A stretch of 47,511 bases of DNA from Candidatus Woesearchaeota archaeon (GCA_017609385.1 JAFCEA010000005.1:1-47511); one strand, 5' to 3'. Counted from the first letter of the stretch, positions 33,402 through 43,352 are shown. The notes: generated by a model not told the origin, from the sequence alone. Translations and numbers: made by a program.

Positions 33402-34298
33402 TCAATATAAGATAATGATTCCAGAACCCAGAATAATTAAAATAATAGCAATTAATTTTTGAAATAATATTTTTTTATTAATTTCTTCTTTTAAAAGTTG
33501 CGGGAATTTAACTGACAATATCGATGCTGAGAACAAAACAAAAATTGACTGGATTCCTGCTGAAGCACTAACTAATGAAACAGAAGCAATAGACACAGCA
33601 AAATTAAAGAAAGCTAATCCAATAAGATTAAGAATCCCATAAATAATTATTGTTCCTCTTACTTTGTTGCTAATTGAAGAAAATGTTTCTATTAATCCAA
33701 TCCTATATTTTTTAATCAATAAAATAGATAATGCACCAAAAAAAGAGCCAAGTCTGATTAAGATAAAGCCATCATAGTAAGGTTGATTTAAATAAACAAA
33801 TTTTGTTAGAGTATGGTAAATTCCAAAAAGAAAGCTTGAAAAAAGCATGAAGTAAAATGCCTTGCTTATTTTAAAAGAGTCTTTAATCTTCTTAACTGAA
33901 ATTAAAAATCCGCCAAACAAAAGAAGGAAGAAAACAATTATCTCATAAAAACATAATCTTTCTCCAATAAAAATAAAAGAAAAGATTAAAACAAATAAAG
34001 GCTTAAATCTCCATAATGGAATAACCCTTGAGACCTCTTCAATAGAAAGTGCTTTAAAATAAGGCATTAGTGCATAAATATAAAGCATCCCAGTTACAAG
34101 AGATAGTATTAGTAACCAAATATTTGGAATTAATAAACCCTTAAATGGAATTAATAATAGGGGTAACAAACCAATAAATCCCATAAATATTGCATAAACA
34201 AAAATATTCTTAATGTGTTTTGTAAGAAGTACTTTGCTAATCAAATTACAAGATGTCCAAAACAGATAAGCTAAAATTGCAAAAATTAACCATTCCAT
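33402..34298 (-). CDS. EamA/DMT-superfamily transporter
   Basis: About 10 TM segments in two halves, typical DMT size. Family assignment rests on topology and size only. Confidence 0.6.
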   Translation of the reverse strand: MEWLIFAILAYLFWTSCNLISKVLLTKHIKNIFVYAIFMGFIGLLPLLLIPFKGLLIPNIWLLILSLVTGMLYIYALMPYFKALSIEEVSRVIPLWRFKPLFVLIFSFIFIGERLCFYEIIVFFLLLFGGFLISVKKIKDSFKISKAFYFMLFSSFLFGIYHTLTKFVYLNQPYYDGFILIRLGSFFGALSILLIKKYRIGLIETFSSISNKVRGTIIIYGILNLIGLAFFNFAVSIASVSLVSASAGIQSIFVLFSASILSVKFPQLLKEEINKKILFQKLIAIILIILGSGIIILY

Positions 34299-34405
34299 AA
34301 TGTCTGTATTTATTAGTTAATATAAAAATTTATGTTATTTTAAACAGAAAGATTTATATAAATCCTTGATTAAGTTTTTGACAACAGAATATTAAAATAA
34401 GAGGT

Positions 34406-36784
34406 GTGTTTAAGGAAATATCAAAAGATAGTATTTCTATTGTTGGAGGGAAAGGAGCTAATCTTGGTGAGATGTATAATCTTGAAATGCCTGTTCCGCC
34501 GGGGTTTATAGTAAATGCAGAGGCATATAAGGAATTTATAGAGGTAACTAACATAAAAGAAAAAATAACAGAAATTCTTTCTGACCTAAATGTTGAAAAC
34601 AATGATGAGTTACAGAATAAAGCAAATAAAGTGCAAAAGCTGATTATTGCAACAGAGATTCCTGATGACATAAAAGAAGATATCATAGATGCTTATGAGA
34701 GCATGGGCATAAGTGATGAACAGGCAAATGCTGCTGAGCTCGTAAAAAAAGGAGAAGATGAGTTTGTTGCAGTTAGGAGCAGTGCAACTGCAGAGGACCT
34801 TCCAGAGGCTTCTTTTGCAGGTCAGCAGGCAACATTTCTCAACATAAAGGGAAGTGAGGATGTTGTCAAGGCAGTAAGGGCATGCTGGGCATCACTTTTT
34901 ACAGCAAGGGCAATATACTATAGAGTAAAAAATAATTTTGAGCATATGAAGGTATTGATAGCTGTTGTTGTGCAGAAGATGGTTAATTCAGACAAGGCAG
35001 GTGTAACTTTTGGTGTAACTTTTTCTGTAAATCCATCAACGAATAATGAAAATGAGATTGTGGTAGAGGCATGCTTTGGTCTGGGAGAAGCAATTGTTTC
35101 TGGCTCTGTAAATCCTGATTCCTACATTGTTGATAAAAACACAATGGAAATAAAAAGCAAGGACATAAAGGAGCAGGAATGGGCATATGTTAGGGATGAA
35201 ACAGGTAAAACAGTAAAGAAAACAATAGTTGAAGATCAGAGGTCAAGGCAGATAGTAGATGATGAGGAGATTATAGAGCTTGCAAAGATTGCAAAAAAAT
35301 TAGAAGAGCATTATAACAAGCCGCAGGATATTGAGTGGGCCATTGAAAAAGATAAAATTTATGTTGTGCAGACAAGGGCCATAACAACACTAAAAAAAGT
35401 TGAAGAAAAAGAGGCAGAGGAAATAACGATAGAAGAGGAAAAAACAACTGTAGAGGAAACTGAAAAAACACCTGTTGAAGAAAGCTCTGATATTTCTAAT
35501 GCTGAAGTTTTGGTTACAGGAAACACAGCCAGTCCTGGAATTGCATCTGGAATTGTTAAGATTGTCCATGATGTAAATGAGCTTTCAAAAGTCCAAAAAG
35601 GAGATGTTCTTGTTACAAAGATGACAAATCCAGATATGGTGCCAACTATGAAAAGAGCATCAGCCATTGTAACTGATATGGGTGGAACAACATGCCATGC
35701 AGCAATTGTAAGCCGTGAGATGGGAATACCATGCATTGTTGGAACAGGAAATGCAACCTCTGTTTTAAAAGAAAACAGAATGATTACAGTAGATGCAACA
35801 CATGGCAAGGTTTATGAGGGCAAGATAGCAATAAAAAAGCCAAAGCAAACAGAGGAAATCAGAAAAGAATATGGTGAATTAATCACAGCAACACAAATAA
35901 AGGTGGTTATGGACTTTCCAGAATATGCTGAAAAAGCAGTTGCAACAGGAGCAGATGGTGTTGGTTTGTTAAGGGCAGAGCATATGATTTTAGGAACAAA
36001 AATTCATCCAGCCTATTTAGTAAAGCAGGGCAGAAAACAAGAGCTTATAGATATTTTAGTTAAAGGGATATCAACTGTTGCAAGGGCATTTGATGGCAAG
36101 CCAGTCTGGTACAGAACACTAGATGCACCAACAGATGAGTTTAAAACCCTTGAAGGTGGCTCTGATGAGCCTGAAGAGGAAAACCCAATGCTTGGCTGGA
36201 GAGGCATAAGGCGTTCATTGGACCAGCCTGGATTTTTAAGAGCAGAGTTTGAGGCAATAAAAAAAGTCCATGAAATGGGGCTAAAGAATGTTGGAGTTAT
36301 GATTCCGCTTGTTACAAGAGTTGATGAGGTTAGGAAAGCAAAGGAAATTTTAGATGATGTTTTTGATGATGAATATGTTGAGTTTGGAGTAATGGTAGAA
36401 ACACCTGCTGCTGTATGGGTAATAGAGGATATATGCAAGCTTGGAATTGATTTTGTGAGTTTTGGAACAAATGACCTGACACAATACACACTTGCTCTTG
36501 ATAGGAACAATGATTTAGTGCAAAAGCATTATGATGAATTGCATCCGGCAATACTTGCAGAGATCTCAAGGGTTATAAAGATATGCAAAAGATATCATGT
36601 ACAGACTTCAATATGCGGCCAGGCTGGCTCAAAGCCAAAGATGGCTGCTTTCCTTGTAAGGCAGGGCATTGACAGCATAAGCGCAAACCCAGATGCTGTT
36701 GGCCAAATAAGGGAAACAGTTGCAATAACAGAAAAAAGGCTTTTATTAGATGCAGAGAGAAGGAATTTGAGGCCGCAGCAGTAG
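34406..36784 (+). CDS. ppsA: Phosphoenolpyruvate synthase (pyruvate, water dikinase)
   Basis: VGGKGANLGEM, phosphohistidine swivel motif GGTTCHAAIVSREMGIPCIVG, PEP-utilising C-terminal TIM barrel (FVSFGTNDLTQYTLA). Confidence 0.92.
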   Translation: MFKEISKDSISIVGGKGANLGEMYNLEMPVPPGFIVNAEAYKEFIEVTNIKEKITEILSDLNVENNDELQNKANKVQKLIIATEIPDDIKEDIIDAYESMGISDEQANAAELVKKGEDEFVAVRSSATAEDLPEASFAGQQATFLNIKGSEDVVKAVRACWASLFTARAIYYRVKNNFEHMKVLIAVVVQKMVNSDKAGVTFGVTFSVNPSTNNENEIVVEACFGLGEAIVSGSVNPDSYIVDKNTMEIKSKDIKEQEWAYVRDETGKTVKKTIVEDQRSRQIVDDEEIIELAKIAKKLEEHYNKPQDIEWAIEKDKIYVVQTRAITTLKKVEEKEAEEITIEEEKTTVEETEKTPVEESSDISNAEVLVTGNTASPGIASGIVKIVHDVNELSKVQKGDVLVTKMTNPDMVPTMKRASAIVTDMGGTTCHAAIVSREMGIPCIVGTGNATSVLKENRMITVDATHGKVYEGKIAIKKPKQTEEIRKEYGELITATQIKVVMDFPEYAEKAVATGADGVGLLRAEHMILGTKIHPAYLVKQGRKQELIDILVKGISTVARAFDGKPVWYRTLDAPTDEFKTLEGGSDEPEEENPMLGWRGIRRSLDQPGFLRAEFEAIKKVHEMGLKNVGVMIPLVTRVDEVRKAKEILDDVFDDEYVEFGVMVETPAAVWVIEDICKLGIDFVSFGTNDLTQYTLALDRNNDLVQKHYDELHPAILAEISRVIKICKRYHVQTSICGQAGSKPKMAAFLVRQGIDSISANPDAVGQIRETVAITEKRLLLDAERRNLRPQQ

Positions 36785-36785
36785 A

Positions 36786-37046
36786 ATGAAAAAACAAAAA
36801 ATATTAGTATTAACAGGAGCAGTATCCACATTATTAGGAGGTATTGGTGCTGCTATCTCTGGGCTTGGTTTATGTGCCTGTGTTTGGGCTCCATTGTTTT
36901 CATTGGCTGGCCTGGTATCTTTGATAGTTGGTCTCTTGTCTAACAACAAAATATTTTTTCTAACAACAGGAATTATATTATTACTAATAAGCTTAATGCT
37001 CCATAAAAAAAAGAAAGTATGTAAGATACATCATAAAAAAATTTAA
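36786..37046 (+). CDS. Small membrane protein with intramembrane CAC motif, hypothetical
   Basis: The ATG is 1 nt after the ppsA stop. Two TM helices (GLGLCACVWAPLFSLAGL...) and a basic tail. Confidence 0.4.
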   Translation: MKKQKILVLTGAVSTLLGGIGAAISGLGLCACVWAPLFSLAGLVSLIVGLLSNNKIFFLTTGIILLLISLMLHKKKKVCKIHHKKI

Positions 37047-37083
37047 AAGCAAAGGAAAAGGAATCTGAAACCCTAGCAATAAA

Positions 37084-37689
37084 TCAAATCTCAACATTTA
37101 ATTTTTTTAATTCTTTAATTAAATTTTCATAAGAGGTATAATGTATTCCATGTATGCCTAGTTTTAATGCAGCATCAGAATATTCTTTTATGTCATCTAT
37201 GAAAACACATTCTTTTGGCTTAAGATTTAATTTCTTTAATGCATCAAGGTATATTTCTTTTTCAGGCTTTTTATGCTCTACTTCAAAAGAAAGTGTAACA
37301 GCATCAAACAAAGGAAAAACCTCAGATTTTTTCAATACATATTCAAAATTTATCTTATTTGTGGTTGAAAGCAATGCAACCTTGTAGTATTTCTTTAATT
37401 TCTTTATCAGACTTATTGTTGTCCCAATCTCTTGGAATAATTTACTATTATATGCCCTAAAAAACTCATCCTGAGACAGTTTAAGATTTAGTCCTTTTTT
37501 TATTGTGCTAAAAAATTCTGCTGGCTGTATTTTTCCTAATTCAAACTTATCATGTAATCCTAAACCAAAGATAAAATTAACAATATAATTATAATTTTTA
37601 TCAGATTTCTTTACAATCTTATTTAAGAAAATATCATTATCCCATTTGTGGATTACATTTCCATAATCAAATATAATTGCTTTTATCAT
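37084..37689 (-). CDS. HAD-superfamily hydrolase (subfamily IA-like)
   Basis: MIKAIIFDYGNVI (motif I variant), LSTTNK (motif II), CVFIDDIKEYSDAA (motif IV). Confidence 0.68.
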   Translation of the reverse strand: MIKAIIFDYGNVIHKWDNDIFLNKIVKKSDKNYNYIVNFIFGLGLHDKFELGKIQPAEFFSTIKKGLNLKLSQDEFFRAYNSKLFQEIGTTISLIKKLKKYYKVALLSTTNKINFEYVLKKSEVFPLFDAVTLSFEVEHKKPEKEIYLDALKKLNLKPKECVFIDDIKEYSDAALKLGIHGIHYTSYENLIKELKKLNVEI

Positions 37690-37784
37690 AAACAAAGAAG
37701 ATTAACAGGTTACATAAAAAGCTTTTGGAAAAAATTAATTTCAATATAGAAAATTATTTAAAATAGGGGAAATAAAATAATGCT

Positions 37785-38114
37785 ATGAACAGAGGAAGGC
37801 CAATCCAGAGCAAGATAAGGCAGAACATTGTTGAGATACTCTATTTTATGAAATCTGCATACGGATATGATATATACAAAAAGTATATTGATATTTTTCC
37901 TGCAGTAACAATGAGATCAATTTACTATCATCTTAAGAAAGGCCTTGCATTAAAGGAATTCAAAATAAGCAAAATCAAAAGTGAAAAAGGCAACTATTCA
38001 TGGGGCCCAGAGGCAGAAAAGATTTACTATTGTCTTGATGTAAACGCAAGACCTCAAATAAATAAAAGGGTTAAAAAATACTTTGAAAAAAGAAGTTCTA
38101 AAAAAATTAAGTAA
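37785..38114 (+). CDS. Small winged-helix (PadR-like) DNA-binding protein
   Basis: IVEILYFMKSAYGYDIYKKYIDIFPAVTMRSIYYHLKKGLALKEF resembles PadR-type wHTH. Low certainty. Confidence 0.45.
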   Translation: MNRGRPIQSKIRQNIVEILYFMKSAYGYDIYKKYIDIFPAVTMRSIYYHLKKGLALKEFKISKIKSEKGNYSWGPEAEKIYYCLDVNARPQINKRVKKYFEKRSSKKIK

Positions 38115-39299
38115 TTACATAAAGAAAGCAAATAAAATATTAATTACAATAAGACTTAGAAATATAAAGCTGATTGCCTTCCAGATCTTGTCGCCTTTCT
38201 TTTTCTTAAAGAGCTTGTGCATCAATAGCTGAAGCATCCTTCCTCCATCAATTGGGCCTAAAGGAACTAGGTTAAACAAACCAATTCCAAGATTTAAAAC
38301 ATAAAGCCAGTAAAACAATCCAACAAACCAAATAAAAATATCTGGAATAATTTTTCCGTATTTTTGCAATATATTCTCTTTTATTTCTTGATTTTGGGTT
38401 AAATAAATTCCAAGATAACCCATGCTTTTATTATCAGGGCTTTCAGTCAAGGTAATATTATAATCTGTCACATTTGTTGTAATAACAATAGATTCACCAG
38501 GTGTTTTAGTTTGCATGATTTCTGTGAAATTCTCTACAGTGCTGATAGGCACATTATCTACGCCAATTATTAGCTCATTTTCTGTTATTCCTGCGTTTTC
38601 TGCAGGAAAGGTCTCGTTGCCTGGAGTAAAACCTGTTACTAAAATACCATTATAATCAAAAACAGCGTTAGAGATTGGTGCCATAACAAGTCCCATTATA
38701 GCTAAAACAACAAAGGCAAATATAATATTAGAGAAAGGTCCTGCTGCAAAAATAGATAGTTGCTGTATCTTTGGTCTTTTTCTGAGCTCTTTCTCATCTG
38801 GCTCAACAAATGCTGCTGGGATTACAGGAACAAAAATATTAAGGAATGCCAGCCCGCTTGACTTTATCTTAATTTTGTATAACCTTGCTATAACTCCATG
38901 AGAAAACTCATGAACTAATGCAAGCAAAAATATTGATATAATCCAGTAAAAGAAAGGAACATAAAAAGCACCTTTAACCTGAAATGGAAGCACAACACCT
39001 ACACCTGAAACTGCTGCAGGCTTTGTAATTAAATTGTAAAAGTTATTCACAAGCATAACAGACATTGCAGCCATACCTAAAAATCCAATTGCAATGCCAA
39101 CATATGCCAAATATCTTAAGAATTTTGGATGTTTTTTGGCCATATTGTCCATTGATTTTAATCCAAGCTTAGTCTTATACATAGAGAAATAAAGAAATGG
39201 AAATAAAATCTTCTGAATGACTATTTTCTTTCTCTTTGAATAAAGAAATAGCAACATACAACCTATGAATACAAAAGTGCATATTGTCTGAAAATCCAT
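38115..39299 (-). CDS. Site-2 protease, peptidase family M50, with PDZ domain
   Basis: HEFSHG (HExxH) in a TM helix, PDZ-like segment GITENELIIGVDNVPIS, distal NLVPLGPIDGG motif. Confidence 0.85.
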   Translation of the reverse strand: MDFQTICTFVFIGCMLLFLYSKRKKIVIQKILFPFLYFSMYKTKLGLKSMDNMAKKHPKFLRYLAYVGIAIGFLGMAAMSVMLVNNFYNLITKPAAVSGVGVVLPFQVKGAFYVPFFYWIISIFLLALVHEFSHGVIARLYKIKIKSSGLAFLNIFVPVIPAAFVEPDEKELRKRPKIQQLSIFAAGPFSNIIFAFVVLAIMGLVMAPISNAVFDYNGILVTGFTPGNETFPAENAGITENELIIGVDNVPISTVENFTEIMQTKTPGESIVITTNVTDYNITLTESPDNKSMGYLGIYLTQNQEIKENILQKYGKIIPDIFIWFVGLFYWLYVLNLGIGLFNLVPLGPIDGGRMLQLLMHKLFKKKKGDKIWKAISFIFLSLIVINILFAFFM

Positions 39300-39300
39300 T

Positions 39301-39462
39301 TTATTTCTTTCTAAGGGGCCTTAATGCCTTGCTATTGCACTTCCTGCACTTGATTTTGCCCTGGAGAACCTTCATTATATTGGCCCTTATCTTTGTCTTG
39401 CAGTTTTTGCATACAAATATGTTATGTATTATTCTTGCCTCTGCCTCTGGAAATCTTACCAT
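39301..39462 (-). CDS. rpl40e: Ribosomal protein eL40 (L40e)
   Basis: Hand translation: MVRFPEAEARIIHNIFVCKNCKTKIRANIMKVLQGKIKCRKCNSKALRPLRKK*. It has the eL40 N-terminus and a C4 zinc ribbon. Not in the ORF track. Confidence 0.85.
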   Translation of the reverse strand: MVRFPEAEARIIHNIFVCKNCKTKIRANIMKVLQGKIKCRKCNSKALRPLRKK

Positions 39463-39469
39463 CTTACAC

Positions 39470-39865
39470 CTACTCTGATTTAACCTGCTTCATAACCCTA
39501 CTGTTCATGATTGACCAATAAAGCACATTAGAGCCAGGAACACAGTCTGCTCTTAACTCTTCAGGAATTTCAAGGTCAAATGTTTCATATGTTTCTGCAT
39601 CCATCACATTAGCAACATTGCCATGCACTGATAAAACTTGTGCTGTTTTTTTATCTATTACAGGTGTTTGTAGCATATCGTGACCAGGCGTTACAGTTTC
39701 CCTTTTCTTATTATCAATAAGACCTATTGCTGTTATTCTGACCTTTGCGTGACCATGCTTTCCTGGCCATGATGTCTGGATACTAGTGACTTTGCATGGA
39801 GCATTATCAAGTATAATATACCTGCCCGCTTGTATTGAAGTAGCTTTAATAAGTTTTGTAGCCAT
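39470..39865 (-). CDS. eif5a: Translation initiation factor 5A (aIF5A)
   Basis: Hypusination loop SWPGKHGHAKVRI and an OB-fold C-terminal domain. Confidence 0.95.
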   Translation of the reverse strand: MATKLIKATSIQAGRYIILDNAPCKVTSIQTSWPGKHGHAKVRITAIGLIDNKKRETVTPGHDMLQTPVIDKKTAQVLSVHGNVANVMDAETYETFDLEIPEELRADCVPGSNVLYWSIMNSRVMKQVKSE

Positions 39866-39922
39866 GATATTTACCTCGTTATAATAAAAAGGGAAAACCA
39901 GCTATATTTATAGTTTTTGATT

Positions 39923-40591
39923 TTACCAGTTGAAAGGCCTTAGAAAGCTTTTGTATTTTGACTTTTTGATTAAATCCTTTATTTTTTTCTCCATCTCTTT
40001 ATGGCCTTCAAATTCTTTTTCCTTTAACCTGAATTCTTTTGTATGGTGATAGCTTCTATTATCTTTGTTGTTGAACTTCAGCTTTTTATGAAGCATCTCA
40101 TGATACATCAGATAATCAAGAAGCTCTTGTTCAGCATCTAAAAATATCCTGCTTATGATTATTGTGTCTGTATGATAATCATAAGAGCCGAGCTTTCTTT
40201 TTGAGTTGCTTCCCCACTCAAGATTAGAAATCTCAATAAAGTTGTAGAAATATTTTTTATTTATCCTGTTGAAAGAGCTTTCCAGTATTGGGTCTGACTT
40301 TTGTTTGGGGATTGATATATGAAGATTCCTTATAAAAGAATTATATAAATCAATGTTTATTGTCTGTTTTTTGTCATTAAACACCTTTAGAAGAAGGCTT
40401 TGTATTAATCCAATAACAATGTCCTTGCTTATATGTTTCCACTGCCTGCTCAGGCTGAACTCAAGATTATTTTTATAATGCCTTACATTAGCATTATATG
40501 GCTTGAACCTTGCAGTATATTTGAGTTTTACAGAATAATTAAATTCCTTATTAGGATAAAGCTTCTCAAAAGCTTCTTTAATTAGTTGCAT
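39923..40591 (-). CDS. YgjP/DUF45-like (SprT/WLM-like) zinc metallohydrolase
   Basis: KLGSYDYHTDTIIISRIFLDAEQELLDYLMYHEMLHKK matches the (R)WGSC...I.LN..L...P....DYV..HEL.H pattern of DUF45. Confidence 0.6.
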   Translation of the reverse strand: MQLIKEAFEKLYPNKEFNYSVKLKYTARFKPYNANVRHYKNNLEFSLSRQWKHISKDIVIGLIQSLLLKVFNDKKQTINIDLYNSFIRNLHISIPKQKSDPILESSFNRINKKYFYNFIEISNLEWGSNSKRKLGSYDYHTDTIIISRIFLDAEQELLDYLMYHEMLHKKLKFNNKDNRSYHHTKEFRLKEKEFEGHKEMEKKIKDLIKKSKYKSFLRPFNW

Positions 40592-40626
40592 TTTATAAAA
40601 GAAATATAACAGCTATAATAATCTTT

Positions 40627-43245
40627 TCAAACCTCATACCTTAGGATAGCAGCTATCTTGCCAAACTCCCTTAGCTGGATGCCCTCTCTTGTTTCTGTTG
40701 ATATTATCTTAACTGTAGTGCCAACTGTTTTTGCCAGCTTTTCCATTTCATCTATTGTATTGTCATCAAGGCTTTCTGAAAGCAATAAAGTATCTACGAC
40801 TCCAATCTCAAGGTTTTTCTTTACTTCATCAAGGCCATAGCTGACCATTCCTGGCTTTGTTGACAATAAATTAAAGAATTTTCCCATTATCTCTTTTTCA
40901 GCTGCTACCTCTTCTTTTGCCAGTACATCCTGGGATCTGTCTAATAATTCCTGCAGGCCAAATTCTTCGGTATAAGATAAATCCTTTATTGCAATTATCT
41001 TGTTTTTCACTTCTGTGGTTATATAACCCCCATCAATAAAATCATATTTTGTGGGGCCAGGGCCACCAACAATTATTCCCTTAAGATCTTTTAGTGTTAG
41101 AAACTGGTTTTTCATATATTCTGCAACCTTTTTATAGTGGTCTTTTGCAGCGCCCTCTCTTATTCTTGCAAAACGAGCTGCTGAATTATGGACAATTATT
41201 CCATTTGCTATGAAGTTTTTGTTTTTGACTGATATATCAATCATTTTTACTTTCTTATTGATTTTTTCTATCTTGTTTATCTTAATTGGAAGAATTGGAT
41301 AATTGTAAATAATCTCTAGTTGATTATACAGTTTTTTATCTTTAATATTAGATAAAATTGAATTTTTGAAAGTTTGTTTGCTCATCATTCTTTCATTTCT
41401 AAAAAAGTTATTAACTTTGGGAAACAATTCAAGATTATAGCCTGATTTTTCTATCAATTTCCTTATTTTTCTTCCTGAAACTATTATTTGTCTGGAATAG
41501 CTTGAATCTGATTTTTTATTAAGGAGAGCACTTAATTTATTAGTTTTTTCATGAAAGCTGAAACCAATGTGTTTTTTGAACAATTGAATTGATTTTTTTT
41601 CAGTTATATCAACTGTAAATCTTGGATTATTGCTATATTTATTTGCTTTATTGTCATATTCCAACAATGAACTTAAAATAGAAAACCTTAACAGTGCAAG
41701 TTGGGTATGTTGAGCCAATTTCTTATTATTTACCCCCAAGGCAATTCCTCTTTTGATATTAACATATCCATCTGCGTCAAATAATCCTCTTAAGAAAGCT
41801 GCAACAATCCCATTATCAGATTGGAGTATTTTTTTAGGGATTTCAGAATTTGAGGCTTTCCTTATTTCCAGGAATTCTTCTTTGATTAATCTAACCAATG
41901 GTCTGCTAGTAAATCTTATTTGATGGTAGTTTTTGCTTTCTCTAAATCTATAGCTGGAATTTATTTTGAAGAATTGATTGAATTTTCTCTGGTAAGTTAA
42001 CGCTAATTGTTTATTTTGCTCAAAGAAAGTAACCCTATCAGTTTCTATGCAACCATCATCTCCTATGAGATATCCTAGAAATTGAGCAAACTCTTCATTT
42101 AAACTATTTGGCAAATTTATATTTTTATACATATAAGGCTGGGTATAATCTTTTAAAAATTTATCAAAATTAATATTTAAGCTATTACACACCATTTTTA
42201 ATGGCATCCTGCATGCAGTTGATTTACCAACTTCATAACGGGAGATTGTTGTTTGTGCTAAACCTGCTTCTTCTGCTAATTGCCTTTGAAGCAATCCCTT
42301 TTTTAATCTTCTTTTCTTTAGAAATTCCTGGCCTTCTCTGGTTATGATAAAAGAATTATAATATTTTTTTGAATTTATTTCTTGTATTTTTCCTTTGATG
42401 TATATTTTTTCAGGCATTATTAGATAATCTCCCTGTTTTAATTCCTCAGCAGATTTTTCAATGATTCTTTCAGAAGTTGCTACAAAAAACAAATGATCTT
42501 TAGATGATTGAATTTCTAAACGTGGATTTTTAGTAATAATCTTGTAAATTTTGTTCTTCTTTACATTCCATTTGTCTATGATATTTGAATCAAAAATTGC
42601 AAAATTGTTCTTAATCGTAACAGACTTAATTATGTTTGGATTATGAATAGTTTCAATTTTTGGAAGAGAACCATCAGATAATTGGATTAAGGACTCATTT
42701 ACAAGACATTGTCCTCCTGCCCTTTGTTTTCCAGGCACTTGTGAATGAGTTTTAACCAAAGGGATTATTGTTTTTCCCTTTAAAAGAGCAATGTTTGCAT
42801 CTCTCCTGTCTAGTACAACAAGACCATAAACCTCTTTTGTGTCAAGCATATCTCTCAACAAATCAAGAACAAACTGCTTGTCACACCTGTATATTCGGGT
42901 ATTTAAAGGCACTGGCGGCTCTATGCTCCATACTTCCAAATCAATCTGACCTTCTCTTTCAGCAACATTTCCAGAGAAAACAGCCAAGCCATTTTTTGGT
43001 GTCTGCTTAAATAAGCGCAAGTGCTGAATCATTCTTTCAAGGCCATCTATAACATTCTTCCTTGTTGTGGCTGATTTTATGTTAGCAGCAGTCCCCTGCT
43101 CCTGTTTCAGATGGTTTATTATTTTGTTTAAGTCATATCCTGTAGGCATATACACTGTAATAAGCTCTGTGTGCGGCCTTCTGAATACCTCGAGCTTCTT
43201 GATAAATTTCTTTAGTTCATACCTTTGTTTTTCAGTTAGTGCCAT
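40627..43245 (-). CDS. prf1: Peptide chain release factor aRF1, interrupted by an intein after the GGQ motif
   Basis: NIKS motif at residues 55-58. ...VPGKQRAGGQ (res 171-179) | intein (res 180-687) | SAARFARIREGAAKDHYKKV... The C-terminus ends GKIAAILRYEV. Exteins total 364 aa. Confidence 0.92.
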   Translation of the reverse strand: MALTEKQRYELKKFIKKLEVFRRPHTELITVYMPTGYDLNKIINHLKQEQGTAANIKSATTRKNVIDGLERMIQHLRLFKQTPKNGLAVFSGNVAEREGQIDLEVWSIEPPVPLNTRIYRCDKQFVLDLLRDMLDTKEVYGLVVLDRRDANIALLKGKTIIPLVKTHSQVPGKQRAGGQCLVNESLIQLSDGSLPKIETIHNPNIIKSVTIKNNFAIFDSNIIDKWNVKKNKIYKIITKNPRLEIQSSKDHLFFVATSERIIEKSAEELKQGDYLIMPEKIYIKGKIQEINSKKYYNSFIITREGQEFLKKRRLKKGLLQRQLAEEAGLAQTTISRYEVGKSTACRMPLKMVCNSLNINFDKFLKDYTQPYMYKNINLPNSLNEEFAQFLGYLIGDDGCIETDRVTFFEQNKQLALTYQRKFNQFFKINSSYRFRESKNYHQIRFTSRPLVRLIKEEFLEIRKASNSEIPKKILQSDNGIVAAFLRGLFDADGYVNIKRGIALGVNNKKLAQHTQLALLRFSILSSLLEYDNKANKYSNNPRFTVDITEKKSIQLFKKHIGFSFHEKTNKLSALLNKKSDSSYSRQIIVSGRKIRKLIEKSGYNLELFPKVNNFFRNERMMSKQTFKNSILSNIKDKKLYNQLEIIYNYPILPIKINKIEKINKKVKMIDISVKNKNFIANGIIVHNSAARFARIREGAAKDHYKKVAEYMKNQFLTLKDLKGIIVGGPGPTKYDFIDGGYITTEVKNKIIAIKDLSYTEEFGLQELLDRSQDVLAKEEVAAEKEIMGKFFNLLSTKPGMVSYGLDEVKKNLEIGVVDTLLLSESLDDNTIDEMEKLAKTVGTTVKIISTETREGIQLREFGKIAAILRYEV
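41185..42708 (-). mobile_element. Intein (508 aa): Hint splicing domain + XRE-type HTH + LAGLIDADG homing endonuclease
   Basis: Block A CLVNESLIQLSDGS (Cys1), block B SSKDHLFF (SxxH), LAGLIDADG motifs FLGYLIGDDGC and FLRGLFDADGYV, terminal IIVHN followed by the +1 Ser. HTH LLQRQLAEEAGLAQTTISRYEVGKS (nt about 42160-42333). Confidence 0.88.
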
Positions 43246-43316
43246 AGCTATAAAGAATTAGAGGCCATATATAAAATTTTGGTAAAAGTTGGTTATCTAA
43301 AATCTAAAACAAAAGA

Positions 43317-43324
43317 TTTAAATA
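43317..43324 (+). promoter_or_regulatory. Putative archaeal TATA box (TTTAAATA) for tRNA-Pro
   Basis: TTTAAATA lies 29-36 nt upstream of the tRNA-Pro 5' end. Confidence 0.45.
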
Positions 43325-43352
43325 ATGCCCCAATCCCCCAAAATAAATAGTT

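Noticed and set aside
35359-36510. 149-aa and 165-aa minus-strand ORFs (35359-35808, 36013-36510), plus smaller ones
   Set aside because: They are antisense to the well-supported ppsA gene. The translations are Ser/Thr/Phe-rich with no motifs.
39284-39478. 64-aa plus-strand ORF
   Set aside because: It lies antisense to the clearly recognisable eL40 gene (39301-39462, minus strand).
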